A stretch of DNA of 64,000 bases from Verrucomicrobiia bacterium (GCA_035489575.1 DATHJY010000013.1:91346-155345), one strand, 5' to 3'; shown: positions 9,776 to 18,868, numbered from the stretch's first letter. A program made the numbers and translations. The notes: generated from the sequence alone by a model not told the origin.

Positions 9776-10825
9776 ATGAAACGAAGAGGTGTTTTTGCAA
9801 CAGCGGCCTTGCTGGTAGCTGTCCTGCTGTTCAGTAACCGAGCAGGCGCACAGACCGGCGAACTAAACCTCACCTCCTCTCCGTTACCCATTGCGCTAAA
9901 GGCCAAGCCCGGAGAGTCAATCAGCACCGACCTGCGTATTCGCAATAGCAGTTCGACCCCCGAAAAGCTGAAGGTTGGCCTCATGAAGTTCTCTGCCGGC
10001 GGTGAAGAAGGAAAGCCACAGCTAGCAGAGCGAGCAAAAGGCGATGACTACTTTGACTGGGTAAAGTTCTCGCAAACAGAGCTAACGGCAGAACCCAACG
10101 AATGGAAAACCATAAAGATGACCATCAACCTTCCGGAAGATGCCGCCTTTGGGTATTACTATGCCGTTACTTTTACACGCACCGACCAAGAGCAGGCCAG
10201 TGGAGCAATGCAATCGGCCGTCCAGGGTGGCTCGGCTACGCTCGTACTACTTGAAGCCGATGTACCAGATACCAAGCGAGAGCTATCGCTCGAATCCTTC
10301 GGGGTAAGTAAACGCACCTATGAATTCTTGCCCGCCAAGTTCAACATAAAGCTTCGTAACAAAGGGAACGTGCACAGCATTCCGTCCGGTACGATATTCA
10401 TCAAGCAAGGCAAAAAACAAATTGGTACGGTCAGCGTCAACGCGTCAAGCGGCAACGTCCTGCCCAAGTCTAATCGCATTTTTACTACCGAATGGTCAGA
10501 AGGCTTTCCGGTTTATAAAGCCAAGCAAGAAAACGGCAAGGCAGTCGTCAAGGACGGCCAACAAGTATACGGACTAGACTGGGATTTGGGCGATCTGCGC
10601 AAGCTGCGCTTTGGCAAATACAGCGCTACCTTGGTCATGGTCTATGACGATGGCACGCGGGACGTTCCGTTGGAAGCTACGTTGAGTTTTTGGGTTATAC
10701 CGTGGAGAATCATTATCTTTAGCGTCTTGATATTACTATTTGCTGGTATTGGTATCTGGGTTACGGCACGCAAGGGCCTCCTGAAATTCCGACACCAACC
10801 CGCAAAATTTAAATCGGAAAAATGA
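9776..10825 (+). CDS. Cell-surface protein with DUF916/DUF3324-like (WxL-interacting protein) architecture, paralog 1
   Basis: Signal peptide MKRRGVFATAALLVAVLLFSNRAGAQ. Two beta-rich halves are visible (...LKAKPGESISTDLRIRNSS...FGYYYAVTF... and ...FNIKLRNKGNVHSIPSGTIFI...GKYSATLVMVYDDG). A C-terminal TM helix (IIIFSVLILLFAGIGIWV) is followed by a basic tail. Confidence 0.5.
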   Translation: MKRRGVFATAALLVAVLLFSNRAGAQTGELNLTSSPLPIALKAKPGESISTDLRIRNSSSTPEKLKVGLMKFSAGGEEGKPQLAERAKGDDYFDWVKFSQTELTAEPNEWKTIKMTINLPEDAAFGYYYAVTFTRTDQEQASGAMQSAVQGGSATLVLLEADVPDTKRELSLESFGVSKRTYEFLPAKFNIKLRNKGNVHSIPSGTIFIKQGKKQIGTVSVNASSGNVLPKSNRIFTTEWSEGFPVYKAKQENGKAVVKDGQQVYGLDWDLGDLRKLRFGKYSATLVMVYDDGTRDVPLEATLSFWVIPWRIIIFSVLILLFAGIGIWVTARKGLLKFRHQPAKFKSEK

Positions 10826-11829
10826 TAAAACGTACCCTTGTCTTAGCAACCCTGCTGGTGCTGGTTAGTTCGGGCACAGCAGTGGCCCTAGAGCGCAAAA
10901 AGACTGGTGGCGTCACAATTACCCCCGCGCTGCAGCAGCTGGTGGTAGAAGGTGACCAGGGGACTCGCGAGGGCACATTTACTGTCCAGAACGACTCCGA
11001 CCAGACCGCCACCTTTGACCTGTCCACCATAGACATGGGGACACTGGACGATACGGGTGGCTTGGTCTTTTCCGGCTTGTCGCAGGACTACCAAAAAAAA
11101 TACGGGCTGGCCAACTGGATGGAGCTGCCACAAACCAGGCTGGATATTCCTGCCGGGAAGGCTGCAACCATCCGCTTTACCATAAAGAACAACGTCTTAC
11201 TGTCACCGGGCGGTCACTATGGTGCCATTATCGTCAAGCAGGCAAATAAGCAGACGGACGTGGACAAACAGGTCACTTTATCACCACAAGCAGCCTCATT
11301 GCTTTTCCTGCTAAAACGCGGGGGCGAGGTATACCAGTTATCCCTGCAGGATATCAAGGCGCCTCATAATGCCTGGAGCCTCCCAACCGTAGTAGAGCTG
11401 CCTTTCAAGAACGAAGGCAATGTACACCTGGTGCCCCGTGGGGTCGTCAGCATCAAGAACATGAAGGGCGCAGAGATTGCCCGGGGCATCATCAACTCCG
11501 AATCGTCCATGGTGCTGCCAGAACGTACACGCACCCTCCATGTCAGCTTTGATAAGCTTGCCAAAGTCACCTGGCCAGGCAGGTACACCGTGGAAGTGTT
11601 GTATCGCTACGACGGCCAAGAGAATTTCTCCAAATACACGCAAGTCTTTTATGCCGCCAACCTCCGCATTCTAATGGTGATGGCCATGTCAGTACTGGCA
11701 CTTGCAACCGTAATCTACGTACTCCGCAGACAGCTACGAAAGGCCGTAAAGTTTGTCACCAAAGCCCTCAGAACTACTTTTTTGCGATTACTTCGGCCCA
11801 TGAGGCATCGAGGCCGAAAAGTTAAATAA
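10822..11829 (+). CDS. Cell-surface protein with DUF916/DUF3324-like architecture, paralog 2
   Basis: Same layout as the upstream gene: signal peptide, ...EGTFTVQNDSDQTATFDL...GGHYGAIIV..., ...LPFKNEGNVHLVPRGVVSI...GRYTVEVLYRYDG, and TM + basic tail (MVMAMSVLALATVIYVLRRQLRK). ATG overlaps the upstream TGA (ATGA). Confidence 0.5.
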   Translation: MIKRTLVLATLLVLVSSGTAVALERKKTGGVTITPALQQLVVEGDQGTREGTFTVQNDSDQTATFDLSTIDMGTLDDTGGLVFSGLSQDYQKKYGLANWMELPQTRLDIPAGKAATIRFTIKNNVLLSPGGHYGAIIVKQANKQTDVDKQVTLSPQAASLLFLLKRGGEVYQLSLQDIKAPHNAWSLPTVVELPFKNEGNVHLVPRGVVSIKNMKGAEIARGIINSESSMVLPERTRTLHVSFDKLAKVTWPGRYTVEVLYRYDGQENFSKYTQVFYAANLRILMVMAMSVLALATVIYVLRRQLRKAVKFVTKALRTTFLRLLRPMRHRGRKVK

Positions 11830-12005
11830 AGCGACTAACTTCTTAAATTTTAGGCAAATTTAAGACGATGAGCCAGCAAATAAGTTTGACAAAACTTAAA
11901 ACAAAAAGCTTGTGCTTACCCCTGAAATTTGATACTATTAGTAAGAATTTTTACATCTTGGGGTAAAAGGCTATCAAAAAGCAAAAAACACAAAAATTAA
12001 AGATT

Positions 12006-14588
12006 GTGGCAGTCTCGGTATTGGCCGGCATTGCTTTTGTGCCTTTTTTTGGGGGCCAGCAGGCCTCTGCCACTGTTAACCGCCAGATCAATTTCCAGGG
12101 GAAGATCGTCAACAAAACCGGCGGCACCAACATTACCAATGGTACGTACAACATGCAGTTCAAGATTTACTCTGGGGGAGACGGCGTGCCCGGTGGTGGC
12201 GACGAGACGCTTCTATGGACAGAATCTCGCCTGCGCAACAGCTCCCAAGGGGTTGTTTTTGCAGATGGCGTATTCCAGGTTAACCTCGGTTCGGTCACGA
12301 CACTACCGGGGAGTGTTGACTTCAACAACAGCACGCTCTGGCTGTCCATGGAGATGGGTAATACCAACGCCAGCTGCACACCCTTTGCCAGCTGCGCCCC
12401 AGATAGCGAGATGGACCCAATGGTGCGCTTCACAGCTTCACCGTACTCGTTCAACTCAGACCTCTTGGATGGCATAGACAGTGCTGCGTTTGGTCAGCTA
12501 GCCAGCAACCAGACCTGGACCGGCACGCAGACTCTGCAGCCAACTACTAACGTCAGTAGCCTAGTAGTCCAGCAGACATCCGTTGGCTCCCCAACCGCTG
12601 ACATCCTAAAGGTGAGTACCGTTAACGGAACAAACAACGCCATCCTGGTAATTGGACCAGCAGCAAACGAAGCCGCGGTGAGTATTACCTCTTTTGGCAC
12701 CGGTCGTGATATCTCTCTGAACAGCGCTGACCAGATTATCCTGAACGCAGCCAGCGGCACCAGCCTGACGAGTACCCTAGCCGGCACCTTGGACGTCCTG
12801 AATATCACCGGTACACCAAACACCAGCGCCAACACCGCCTACGGCCTGTACATCGACCAGGCCAACTCGGCCAATGGCAATGGCTTTGATGCTTCGCTGG
12901 TTATCGATAACTCCGACAGCAACTTGGCGATAGCCGACGGTATGTTGTTTATAAACGGTGGCGGGGGCTTTACCAGAGGAATAACTTTTGCCGGAGCCAC
13001 AACTGACGTAACAACTGCCTCGGGCGAGGATCTGACCGTGGCACCAGGAGGTACCGGCACGCTGACCCTGACTAGTGCCGGCACTGGAATTGCTGCAGTT
13101 GGTATCAATGTCACAGGATCGGGTGGCGATCTAGACATCAATGTCAACGATGCCATCACGGTTGACGCCGCCACTATGACCTTTACGCTTGCTGCCGGAA
13201 CCACCGACTTCACCATCGCCGGTCTGGACGCTGACTCTAACCTGATCCTGCCTGGCATGGCTGGAGCTAACGCTATCCTGTTTGCAGCTCCTACGACCGG
13301 AGTCGTAACCACCGCCGCCACGTCGACAGGATCACAGTGCCTGGTATCTGGTGCCGGTGCCAGCGGTACACCTACCTGGGGCGCATGTGGTGGAACAACC
13401 CCTGATCTCGATGCCGTGTATGCACAGTCCATAACAAACACTAACTTGAACATGGAGATAGACAACGCCGGGGGTCTGACCTTTGACCTCACAACCACCG
13501 GAGACTTTGCAGTGCGAGATGGCACGACAGCCTTTGCAACATTCGCCAACACCGGTGCTATTACTTTTGCGCCAACTTCTGGCCAAAGCTTGACCACCAC
13601 CATCGCCGGGGCGGGCACCTTGACCAACACAATCTCGGGCACCGGTAACGCTACCTTTAACCTGACTTCTACCGGTGATTTTGTAATCCAAGACAACGGC
13701 ACTGCCGCCTTGACCGTGGACGACTCAGGCAATGTAACGATAGGCGTATCCGATGCTACCGGCACACTTTTGAACCTAGATACCAAAACTACCGCCACGG
13801 ATCCTAGTGGTTCTGACGGTGCCATGTACTACAACTCTGACTCTAAGAATTTCCGCTGCCGACATAACGGCCTGTGGCAAGACTGTGACTTTGCATCATT
13901 GCGCTCGGAATGGATGTTCCAGGATGACTTTGTGACCAACACTGTCACAGCGGGAACAGGGGCAAGTCTGAGCAATGTGAGTAATGGCTGGACATTCGTA
14001 TCTATCGGCACCGGTGGCACAATAGCAAAAACCAATGTTGGCACTGACGCATCAAACCAAGATCGATTTGGTGTATTGCAAATGAACTCACCGGCTACCG
14101 TTACCACTGGCGTCCACCTGCGACAAGACAACACCAGTATGGCCGGCGTCCCGAGCAATCTGACAGTCGAGTTCGCCGTAGGACCAGTGAACGCCGCCGC
14201 TGCGACCGCGCAACAACAAACCGCCAGGGTGGGCCTGCTTGACTCGACAACCTCGGCTGCCCCCACAGACGGCATATACTTTATGTACACCGCAACAACA
14301 ACCGCCGGCAACTGGCAACGCTGTACCCAAACCACCTGCGTTGACACGGGCGTAGCGCGCACCACCACCGCCAACCAGTACCAGCGTTTTCGTATCCAAA
14401 CCAACTCGGCTGGTACCGGTGTAGAGTTCTTTATCAATGAAGCTTCGGTAGGTACTGCCTCTACTAATTTGCCTGGGGCCACCGCCAGCTATGGGCCAAC
14501 TATCAACTTTAATACCGTAGATGCTACAATTCGGCAGTGGAAGATAGATTATTTCCAGATCAAAAGAAACCTAACCACCCTCAGGTAG
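12006..14588 (+). CDS. Large (860 aa) secreted fibre/adhesin-like protein with C-terminal ConA/LamG-like jelly-roll
   Basis: The hydrophobic N-terminus ends ...GGQQASA. It is followed by the motif VNRQINFQGKIVNKTGGTNITNGTYNMQFKIYSGGDG...LLWTE. A long G/T/A/N-rich repetitive (beta-helix-like) middle follows. The C-terminus runs ...GAMYYNSDSKNFRCRHNGLWQDC then about 230 aa ending WKIDYFQIKR. Confidence 0.6.
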   Translation: MAVSVLAGIAFVPFFGGQQASATVNRQINFQGKIVNKTGGTNITNGTYNMQFKIYSGGDGVPGGGDETLLWTESRLRNSSQGVVFADGVFQVNLGSVTTLPGSVDFNNSTLWLSMEMGNTNASCTPFASCAPDSEMDPMVRFTASPYSFNSDLLDGIDSAAFGQLASNQTWTGTQTLQPTTNVSSLVVQQTSVGSPTADILKVSTVNGTNNAILVIGPAANEAAVSITSFGTGRDISLNSADQIILNAASGTSLTSTLAGTLDVLNITGTPNTSANTAYGLYIDQANSANGNGFDASLVIDNSDSNLAIADGMLFINGGGGFTRGITFAGATTDVTTASGEDLTVAPGGTGTLTLTSAGTGIAAVGINVTGSGGDLDINVNDAITVDAATMTFTLAAGTTDFTIAGLDADSNLILPGMAGANAILFAAPTTGVVTTAATSTGSQCLVSGAGASGTPTWGACGGTTPDLDAVYAQSITNTNLNMEIDNAGGLTFDLTTTGDFAVRDGTTAFATFANTGAITFAPTSGQSLTTTIAGAGTLTNTISGTGNATFNLTSTGDFVIQDNGTAALTVDDSGNVTIGVSDATGTLLNLDTKTTATDPSGSDGAMYYNSDSKNFRCRHNGLWQDCDFASLRSEWMFQDDFVTNTVTAGTGASLSNVSNGWTFVSIGTGGTIAKTNVGTDASNQDRFGVLQMNSPATVTTGVHLRQDNTSMAGVPSNLTVEFAVGPVNAAAATAQQQTARVGLLDSTTSAAPTDGIYFMYTATTTAGNWQRCTQTTCVDTGVARTTTANQYQRFRIQTNSAGTGVEFFINEASVGTASTNLPGATASYGPTINFNTVDATIRQWKIDYFQIKRNLTTLR

Positions 14589-14595
14589 CTAGGTA

Positions 14596-15552
14596 ATGCC
14601 CGACGAACGTAAGGGTAAAAAAGTTTATAAAAAACTGATTCTGGGTGTCGTTGTCGCACTACTTATCGCTGGCTTGTCATTCTTTGCTGGCAGTCAGTGG
14701 GCTCAGGACCGCATAGTTCACAAACCCGACGCCTACCCACTGCTTGCCAAGCGACTTTTTATCGAAGACCCCAGTGACACTATCATTAATTTTGAGCCAT
14801 TGCGTAGCAAGCTGAGGGACGAGCTAAGCTACTACTCGAATAACGCCTCACTTTATTTTGAATACCTGCCAACCGGCACATCTATCAGGGTAGGAGACAG
14901 CAAGCAATTGGTGGGTGCCTCTCTGCTAAAATTGCCGTACGTGATGGATCTGTACCATCTAGCCGAACTGAAGAGACTGAACCTAGACGACAAAATAACG
15001 CTGAAATCAGAGTGGCTCGACGATCAGTACGGAGAACTCCACAAAAAGGGGGCTGGCCACAGCCTAACCATCAGAGAACTCACTCGCATCGCTATTCAGG
15101 ATTCCGACAATACCGCTATTAACGGTGTGAAATCACTGGTGGCCGACGCCAAACTGGACCCCAAAGACAGCTCCTTTAACGCTCTCGACGTAGACTTTGG
15201 TACCAAACAAGACAAGACCGTAGAGCTATCTTCTAGAGCCTATTCCTCGTTCTTGAAGTGCCTGTACTTTGCCTGCTATCTGTCCAAGGGTGACTCCCAG
15301 GAGGTCCTAAGCTATTTGTCTCACACCACTGTAGGCGACGACCGTCTGCCAAAATACATCCCCAAGTCAACGACAGTTGCTCACAAAATCGGCGTACTGG
15401 GCGAAAAAATCCAGGGTGACTGCGGGATTGTCTATGTAGAGCACCGCAACTACGTGCTGTGCGTACTATTGGAAGAAGGGCAGACCAAAGGCAGCGAAGT
15501 TATTGCCGAACTATCCAAACACGTATACGACTACGTGACCCAAGCGCAGTAG
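14596..15552 (+). CDS. Class-A beta-lactamase-related serine hydrolase, N-terminally anchored
   Basis: TM helix ILGVVVALLIAGLSFFAG. SxxK is present in GASLLKLP and SDN in QDSDNTAI. The third box is a K-I-G variant (AHKIGV). Confidence 0.5.
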   Translation: MPDERKGKKVYKKLILGVVVALLIAGLSFFAGSQWAQDRIVHKPDAYPLLAKRLFIEDPSDTIINFEPLRSKLRDELSYYSNNASLYFEYLPTGTSIRVGDSKQLVGASLLKLPYVMDLYHLAELKRLNLDDKITLKSEWLDDQYGELHKKGAGHSLTIRELTRIAIQDSDNTAINGVKSLVADAKLDPKDSSFNALDVDFGTKQDKTVELSSRAYSSFLKCLYFACYLSKGDSQEVLSYLSHTTVGDDRLPKYIPKSTTVAHKIGVLGEKIQGDCGIVYVEHRNYVLCVLLEEGQTKGSEVIAELSKHVYDYVTQAQ

Positions 15553-15553
15553 C

Positions 15554-16156
15554 TTAGCGCACAACCTCTAATTTAGAGATAATTTCCTTGGCTCTGTCTA
15601 TGCCAAAAGACGTCGAGCCGTCTAGTAATATCCAGGTCTGGTCTGTTTCAACAATGGCCTGGAGCCGATCTTTCTCGCCCTTCAAGAAGTACACGGTGCC
15701 TATCGTTGCCAGATATGTCTCCTGCGTGTCTATTTGTTTCAGGTTAGCCTGGGGTCGCTTCTGCTGCGTCAGGAACAGGCTACCTTTGCCGGTCGTGTCC
15801 GTAAACTTGGTGATTATGCTGTCTTTTTCAGTAGCCGTTTCGGCCGGCTTGAAAACCACGTCCTGAGGGAGCTTGCTTGGGTGATACAGGGTGACACCCA
15901 ACTCTTGGCCCAAGTGGGCAGGGATGGGCGGTATGGCAACACTAGTCACGGCATAGGCAATGAGCACCCCACCTATAAGCACCAACACCCCGCATATACC
16001 CAAAAACATTTTCTTGCGAACCAGTAGGCCGGCTTTTCGACGTAGAAGCAAAAAACGCTCGTGTTGCTTGGCCTTGTCGGACCGTGGGGCTGGCTGCTGT
16101 GTCTGTATGTCTTGAATCAGACGTGGTTTTGCTGCTTTGTGCTCTTGTTTGGTCAT
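15554..16156 (-). CDS. Hypothetical N-terminally anchored protein
   Basis: Frame of ORF 15554..16294; start at MTKQEHKAAKPRL... (ATG 16156). TATAAT (16169-16174, minus) lies 12 nt upstream. TM helix FLGICGVLVLIGGVLIAYAV. Confidence 0.5.
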   Translation of the reverse strand: MTKQEHKAAKPRLIQDIQTQQPAPRSDKAKQHERFLLLRRKAGLLVRKKMFLGICGVLVLIGGVLIAYAVTSVAIPPIPAHLGQELGVTLYHPSKLPQDVVFKPAETATEKDSIITKFTDTTGKGSLFLTQQKRPQANLKQIDTQETYLATIGTVYFLKGEKDRLQAIVETDQTWILLDGSTSFGIDRAKEIISKLEVVR

Positions 16157-16238
16157 AAGGCTGCGCTCATTATAGCAAGATGATATCCTCAGTAACTTCT
16201 GTAAATTTCTGGTAAAATTAACAAGAGAAACAAACCAC

Positions 16239-16577
16239 ATGTCAGAATCAAAAGCACCCACCCAAGTCCGACCAATAGCCCAGCAACCATCCAAGGGGGT
16301 GAGTTATTGGAGTGTTACTATCGCAGCCTCTGGATTTATAGCACTTGGCGCACTGTTTTATCACCTTGTCGAGAAGCTGACATGGCTCGATTCTTTTTAT
16401 TTCACTACCATGACCCTGGCTACAGTGGGCTATGGCGATATAGCCCCCAAGACGAGCGTGGGCAAAGTCTTTACTATGTTTTATGTCCTGATTGGCATAT
16501 CTATCTTTGTCATCTTGGCCCGCATAGTCATGAGAGGCATACTGCGCCGCGGCGGTAGCAGCCAAAGCCAACAATAA
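16239..16577 (+). CDS. Miniature 2-TM potassium channel (112 aa)
   Basis: The selectivity filter TTMTLATVGYGDIAP is flanked by two TM helices. No RCK or other cytoplasmic gating domain is present. Confidence 0.75.
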   Translation: MSESKAPTQVRPIAQQPSKGVSYWSVTIAASGFIALGALFYHLVEKLTWLDSFYFTTMTLATVGYGDIAPKTSVGKVFTMFYVLIGISIFVILARIVMRGILRRGGSSQSQQ

Positions 16578-16630
16578 CCACATATTTACAGGGGCGGGGT
16601 AAAAAGGTAGAATAGCAGGGTTATCGCTAT

Positions 16631-16705
16631 TCCCGGGTAGCTCAATGGTGGAGCAAGAAGCTGTTAACTTCGAGGTTGTCGGTTCGAGTCCGACCCCGGG
16701 AGCCA
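16631..16705 (+). tRNA. tRNA-Asn (anticodon GTT), CCA encoded
   Basis: Hand fold: acceptor TCCCGGG/CCCGGGA, D-arm GCTC..GAGC, anticodon loop CTGTTAA, T-arm GTCGG-TTCGAGT-CCGAC, discriminator G, then CCA. Confidence 0.9.
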
Positions 16706-16709
16706 AATA

Positions 16710-16738
16710 TTGACAAATAGCACGTTTTGTGCTATTTT
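16710..16738 (+). promoter_or_regulatory. Consensus promoter TTGACA-17-TATTTT with a spacer palindrome; leaderless start
   Basis: TTGACA at 16710-16715. The spacer contains AGCAC-GTTTT-GTGCT. The -10 is at 16733-16738. ATG 16745 lies exactly 7 nt after the -10. Confidence 0.6.
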
Positions 16739-16744
16739 ATATTT

Positions 16745-17677
16745 ATGAGTGCTGAATTAATTGTTCATTCGGAAGTTCCTCCTCTTACATGGCAAGAATT
16801 TATAGAAACGCATCCTGTTGGATCGATTGCTCTAGATGGGTACGTTGGCGAAGGTCCGCAGTATGAACCAGAAGGCCCCTATTTAAACGCGAATCACCAC
16901 GAGGGTGTTAAGCGCCTTGAGACACTGTCTACAGCACAGCAAATACTCATGAATGTGCGTATGGGCCTAGATAAAGCCTTTACACGAGATGGTGTTTTTG
17001 CACCAAAAGTTTATGTTAATGACTGCGATCAGGATGTTTGTGCTGCCTGGTATCTTCTAAACCACGTAGAGCAGGCTAAAACTGTTACCAACCCGACTCT
17101 GAACCGATTTATTAACGTAGCAGGCACCCTTGATGCCACCGCGGGCGCTTTCCCATACGACAGGGATCTTCGAATCTTAGGTGAACTTGCTTGGGTATTT
17201 GAACCCTACACGATGTTTAGAGCTAGTGGGGAAATGGCAAGTAAGGATAATGAACAATACCGATCAGTTATTCAGAGCGTAGAAGCTAGAATTCAGCAAC
17301 ATCTGGTGGGTGGAGGAGAGTCCGCAAAGATCGATGCTCGCTATAAACTTGTGGGTGGTGGTCAAGACTGGAAAATGATTGAGGAAGTTGGCAAAGATGG
17401 GCGCGTTGGCGCGTTAGTTGATGGCATAGATGCGTATGTAGCCGTTCAAGAATTACCCGGTGAACGCTGGCGCTACACAGTCGGGCGAAGATCAGAGTTT
17501 ATACCATTCGATGTTCCTGTTCTGATAGACAGACTTAACCAAGTTGAGGCCTGTGAAAAAGACAGGTGGGGTGGCGCAACCATTATAGGTGGTAGTCCTA
17601 GGGTTAGTGGCAGCAAATTAAGCCCAGCGAAAGTCGAGAAAGTCATCAACGAGTTCATTGCCGAAGCCGAAGCGTAA
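16745..17677 (+). CDS. Hypothetical protein (310 aa), island cassette 1
   Basis: Frame of ORF 16727..17677; ATG 16745 (MSAELIVHSEVPP...). No family recognised. Acidic/His clusters (NANHHEG, NDCDQD) might hint at a metal-dependent phosphoesterase, but this is unsupported. Confidence 0.5.
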   Translation: MSAELIVHSEVPPLTWQEFIETHPVGSIALDGYVGEGPQYEPEGPYLNANHHEGVKRLETLSTAQQILMNVRMGLDKAFTRDGVFAPKVYVNDCDQDVCAAWYLLNHVEQAKTVTNPTLNRFINVAGTLDATAGAFPYDRDLRILGELAWVFEPYTMFRASGEMASKDNEQYRSVIQSVEARIQQHLVGGGESAKIDARYKLVGGGQDWKMIEEVGKDGRVGALVDGIDAYVAVQELPGERWRYTVGRRSEFIPFDVPVLIDRLNQVEACEKDRWGGATIIGGSPRVSGSKLSPAKVEKVINEFIAEAEA

Positions 17678-17695
17678 GTTTCGAAGTACGAGCGC

Positions 17696-18073
17696 TTGGG
17701 ATCGTTACTAGCTGATTGCTATATCTCGCTTTATTGCGGTTATAACGTACTCTATCGTTGTGAGCCAAGCATTTACAAATACCACATTACGTTTTATTTG
17801 TCCTGCGAGTACGAGGGCTATTATGCTATCTGGAAAGATTTAGTCTCTCCTGATACAAAAATCGCTGAAGATAAAGCTGGCGCACTAAGTCGCGCAACCA
17901 CTCCTGAAGAAGCTGCAACCATCGAAAGAGTATTCGGTTATTGTGCAATCGACAGATTGTCAGTAGCTCAAGAAACACTCGATGATCCTCTTACGAGTAG
18001 AGGTGCAAAAATGGGTGCTTATATATCTAGAGATTCAGTGGCTCGGGGCATAGAACCATATCGTCTTTCTTAA
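17696..18073 (+). CDS. Doubtful ORF (TTG start) covering repeat copy A
   Basis: 125-aa ORF with no ATG until near its end. Its N-terminal part overlaps the 45-bp repeat. The C-terminal half looks protein-like (TPEEAATIERVFGYCAIDRLSVAQETLDD). Confidence 0.25.
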   Translation: MGSLLADCYISLYCGYNVLYRCEPSIYKYHITFYLSCEYEGYYAIWKDLVSPDTKIAEDKAGALSRATTPEEAATIERVFGYCAIDRLSVAQETLDDPLTSRGAKMGAYISRDSVARGIEPYRLS

Positions 18074-18133
18074 AGTTGCGAAATACGCCCATTAGAGAGG
18101 GCCAGCTAAAGACATTTGCTATACTAGGTTCAC

Positions 18134-18379
18134 ATGAGCACCGACGAATTCACCAAATTATTTCAATACCTGCAGCAGATGGATAGAAAAATTGAAAAAC
18201 AAACTGAAACCATGGCCACAAAAAACAACATAAACCAGATACTAAATCGCTTAGACTCGATTGAAAAACAATTAGAAATTTCTGAAGATGAACGGTTAGT
18301 CATGGGCCATCAACTAGACAGGCTTGATCGTTGGGTTCGTGAAGTAGCGGACAAAATTGGCTATAAGCTGACTGTTTAA
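18134..18379 (+). CDS. Small coiled-coil protein (81 aa)
   Basis: Heptad-like sequence MSTDEFTKLFQYLQQMDRKIEKQTETMATKNNINQILNRLDSIEKQLEISEDERLVMGHQLDRLDRWVREVADKIGYKL. Confidence 0.5.
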   Translation: MSTDEFTKLFQYLQQMDRKIEKQTETMATKNNINQILNRLDSIEKQLEISEDERLVMGHQLDRLDRWVREVADKIGYKLTV

Positions 18380-18522
18380 TTTTTAGCGAAGGGGGACTGG
18401 GACTCACCGTGCGCTGATCCAGGTACCTTCGGCGACCCCGAAACTTCATCTTTGAGAGCAAGTTCTCAAGAGAAGATTTCCTTGCAAAAGTCCACTGGAC
18501 TTTCTCACCCAGGAGCCAATTT

Positions 18523-18550
18523 TTGACAAATACCACTTTTGTGGTATTTT
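18523..18550 (+). promoter_or_regulatory. Consensus promoter TTGACA-16-TATTTT with a spacer palindrome; leaderless start
   Basis: TTGACA at 18523-18528. The spacer contains ACCAC-TTTT-GTGGT. The -10 is at 18545-18550. ATG 18557 lies 7 nt after the -10. It is 87% identical to the 16.7-kb copy. Confidence 0.6.
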
Positions 18551-18556
18551 ATTTTT

Positions 18557-18856
18557 ATGATTGAAAAATATGTGATCACAGACGGACCAGATAAAGGTCA
18601 CATTAAGGACATAGATATTGCTATGGACCTTGCTTACACCGAAGACGCTTGGCGAGAGGAAAATGGTGGAATTCCTATGAATCAACCGCCAGAACGCTTA
18701 GGTAAACCAGAGTTCCGCTTTCGGCAACTAATAAATAGTGAATTAAGTCGCTTAATTCTAGAGGATATTGTATTAACAACAAAAAATGAACTTAACGAAA
18801 TTTATAATACTGAAGCCGCAAGGCAGGCTGATCCTGAGGAAAACAATGAGGATTGA
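18557..18856 (+). CDS. Hypothetical protein (99 aa), island cassette 2
   Basis: Frame of ORF 18539..18856; ATG 18557 (MIEKYVITDGPDKGHIKDIDIAMD...). Acidic C-terminus. Confidence 0.5.
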   Translation: MIEKYVITDGPDKGHIKDIDIAMDLAYTEDAWREENGGIPMNQPPERLGKPEFRFRQLINSELSRLILEDIVLTTKNELNEIYNTEAARQADPEENNED

Positions 18857-18868
18857 CTACGTTATAGA

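Noticed and set aside
12494-14482. Long minus-strand ORFs (113, 328, 217 aa) inside the 860-aa fibre gene
   Set aside because: They are antisense to a repetitive G/T/A-rich coding region. Their products are low-complexity Val/Pro/Ala strings without starts in good context. The plus-strand frame has a signal peptide and a recognisable C-terminal domain.
16248-16706. 152-aa minus-strand ORF spanning tRNA-Asn and the K+ channel gene
   Set aside because: It overlaps a well-folding tRNA and is antisense to a gene with a TVGYGD filter. It is spurious.
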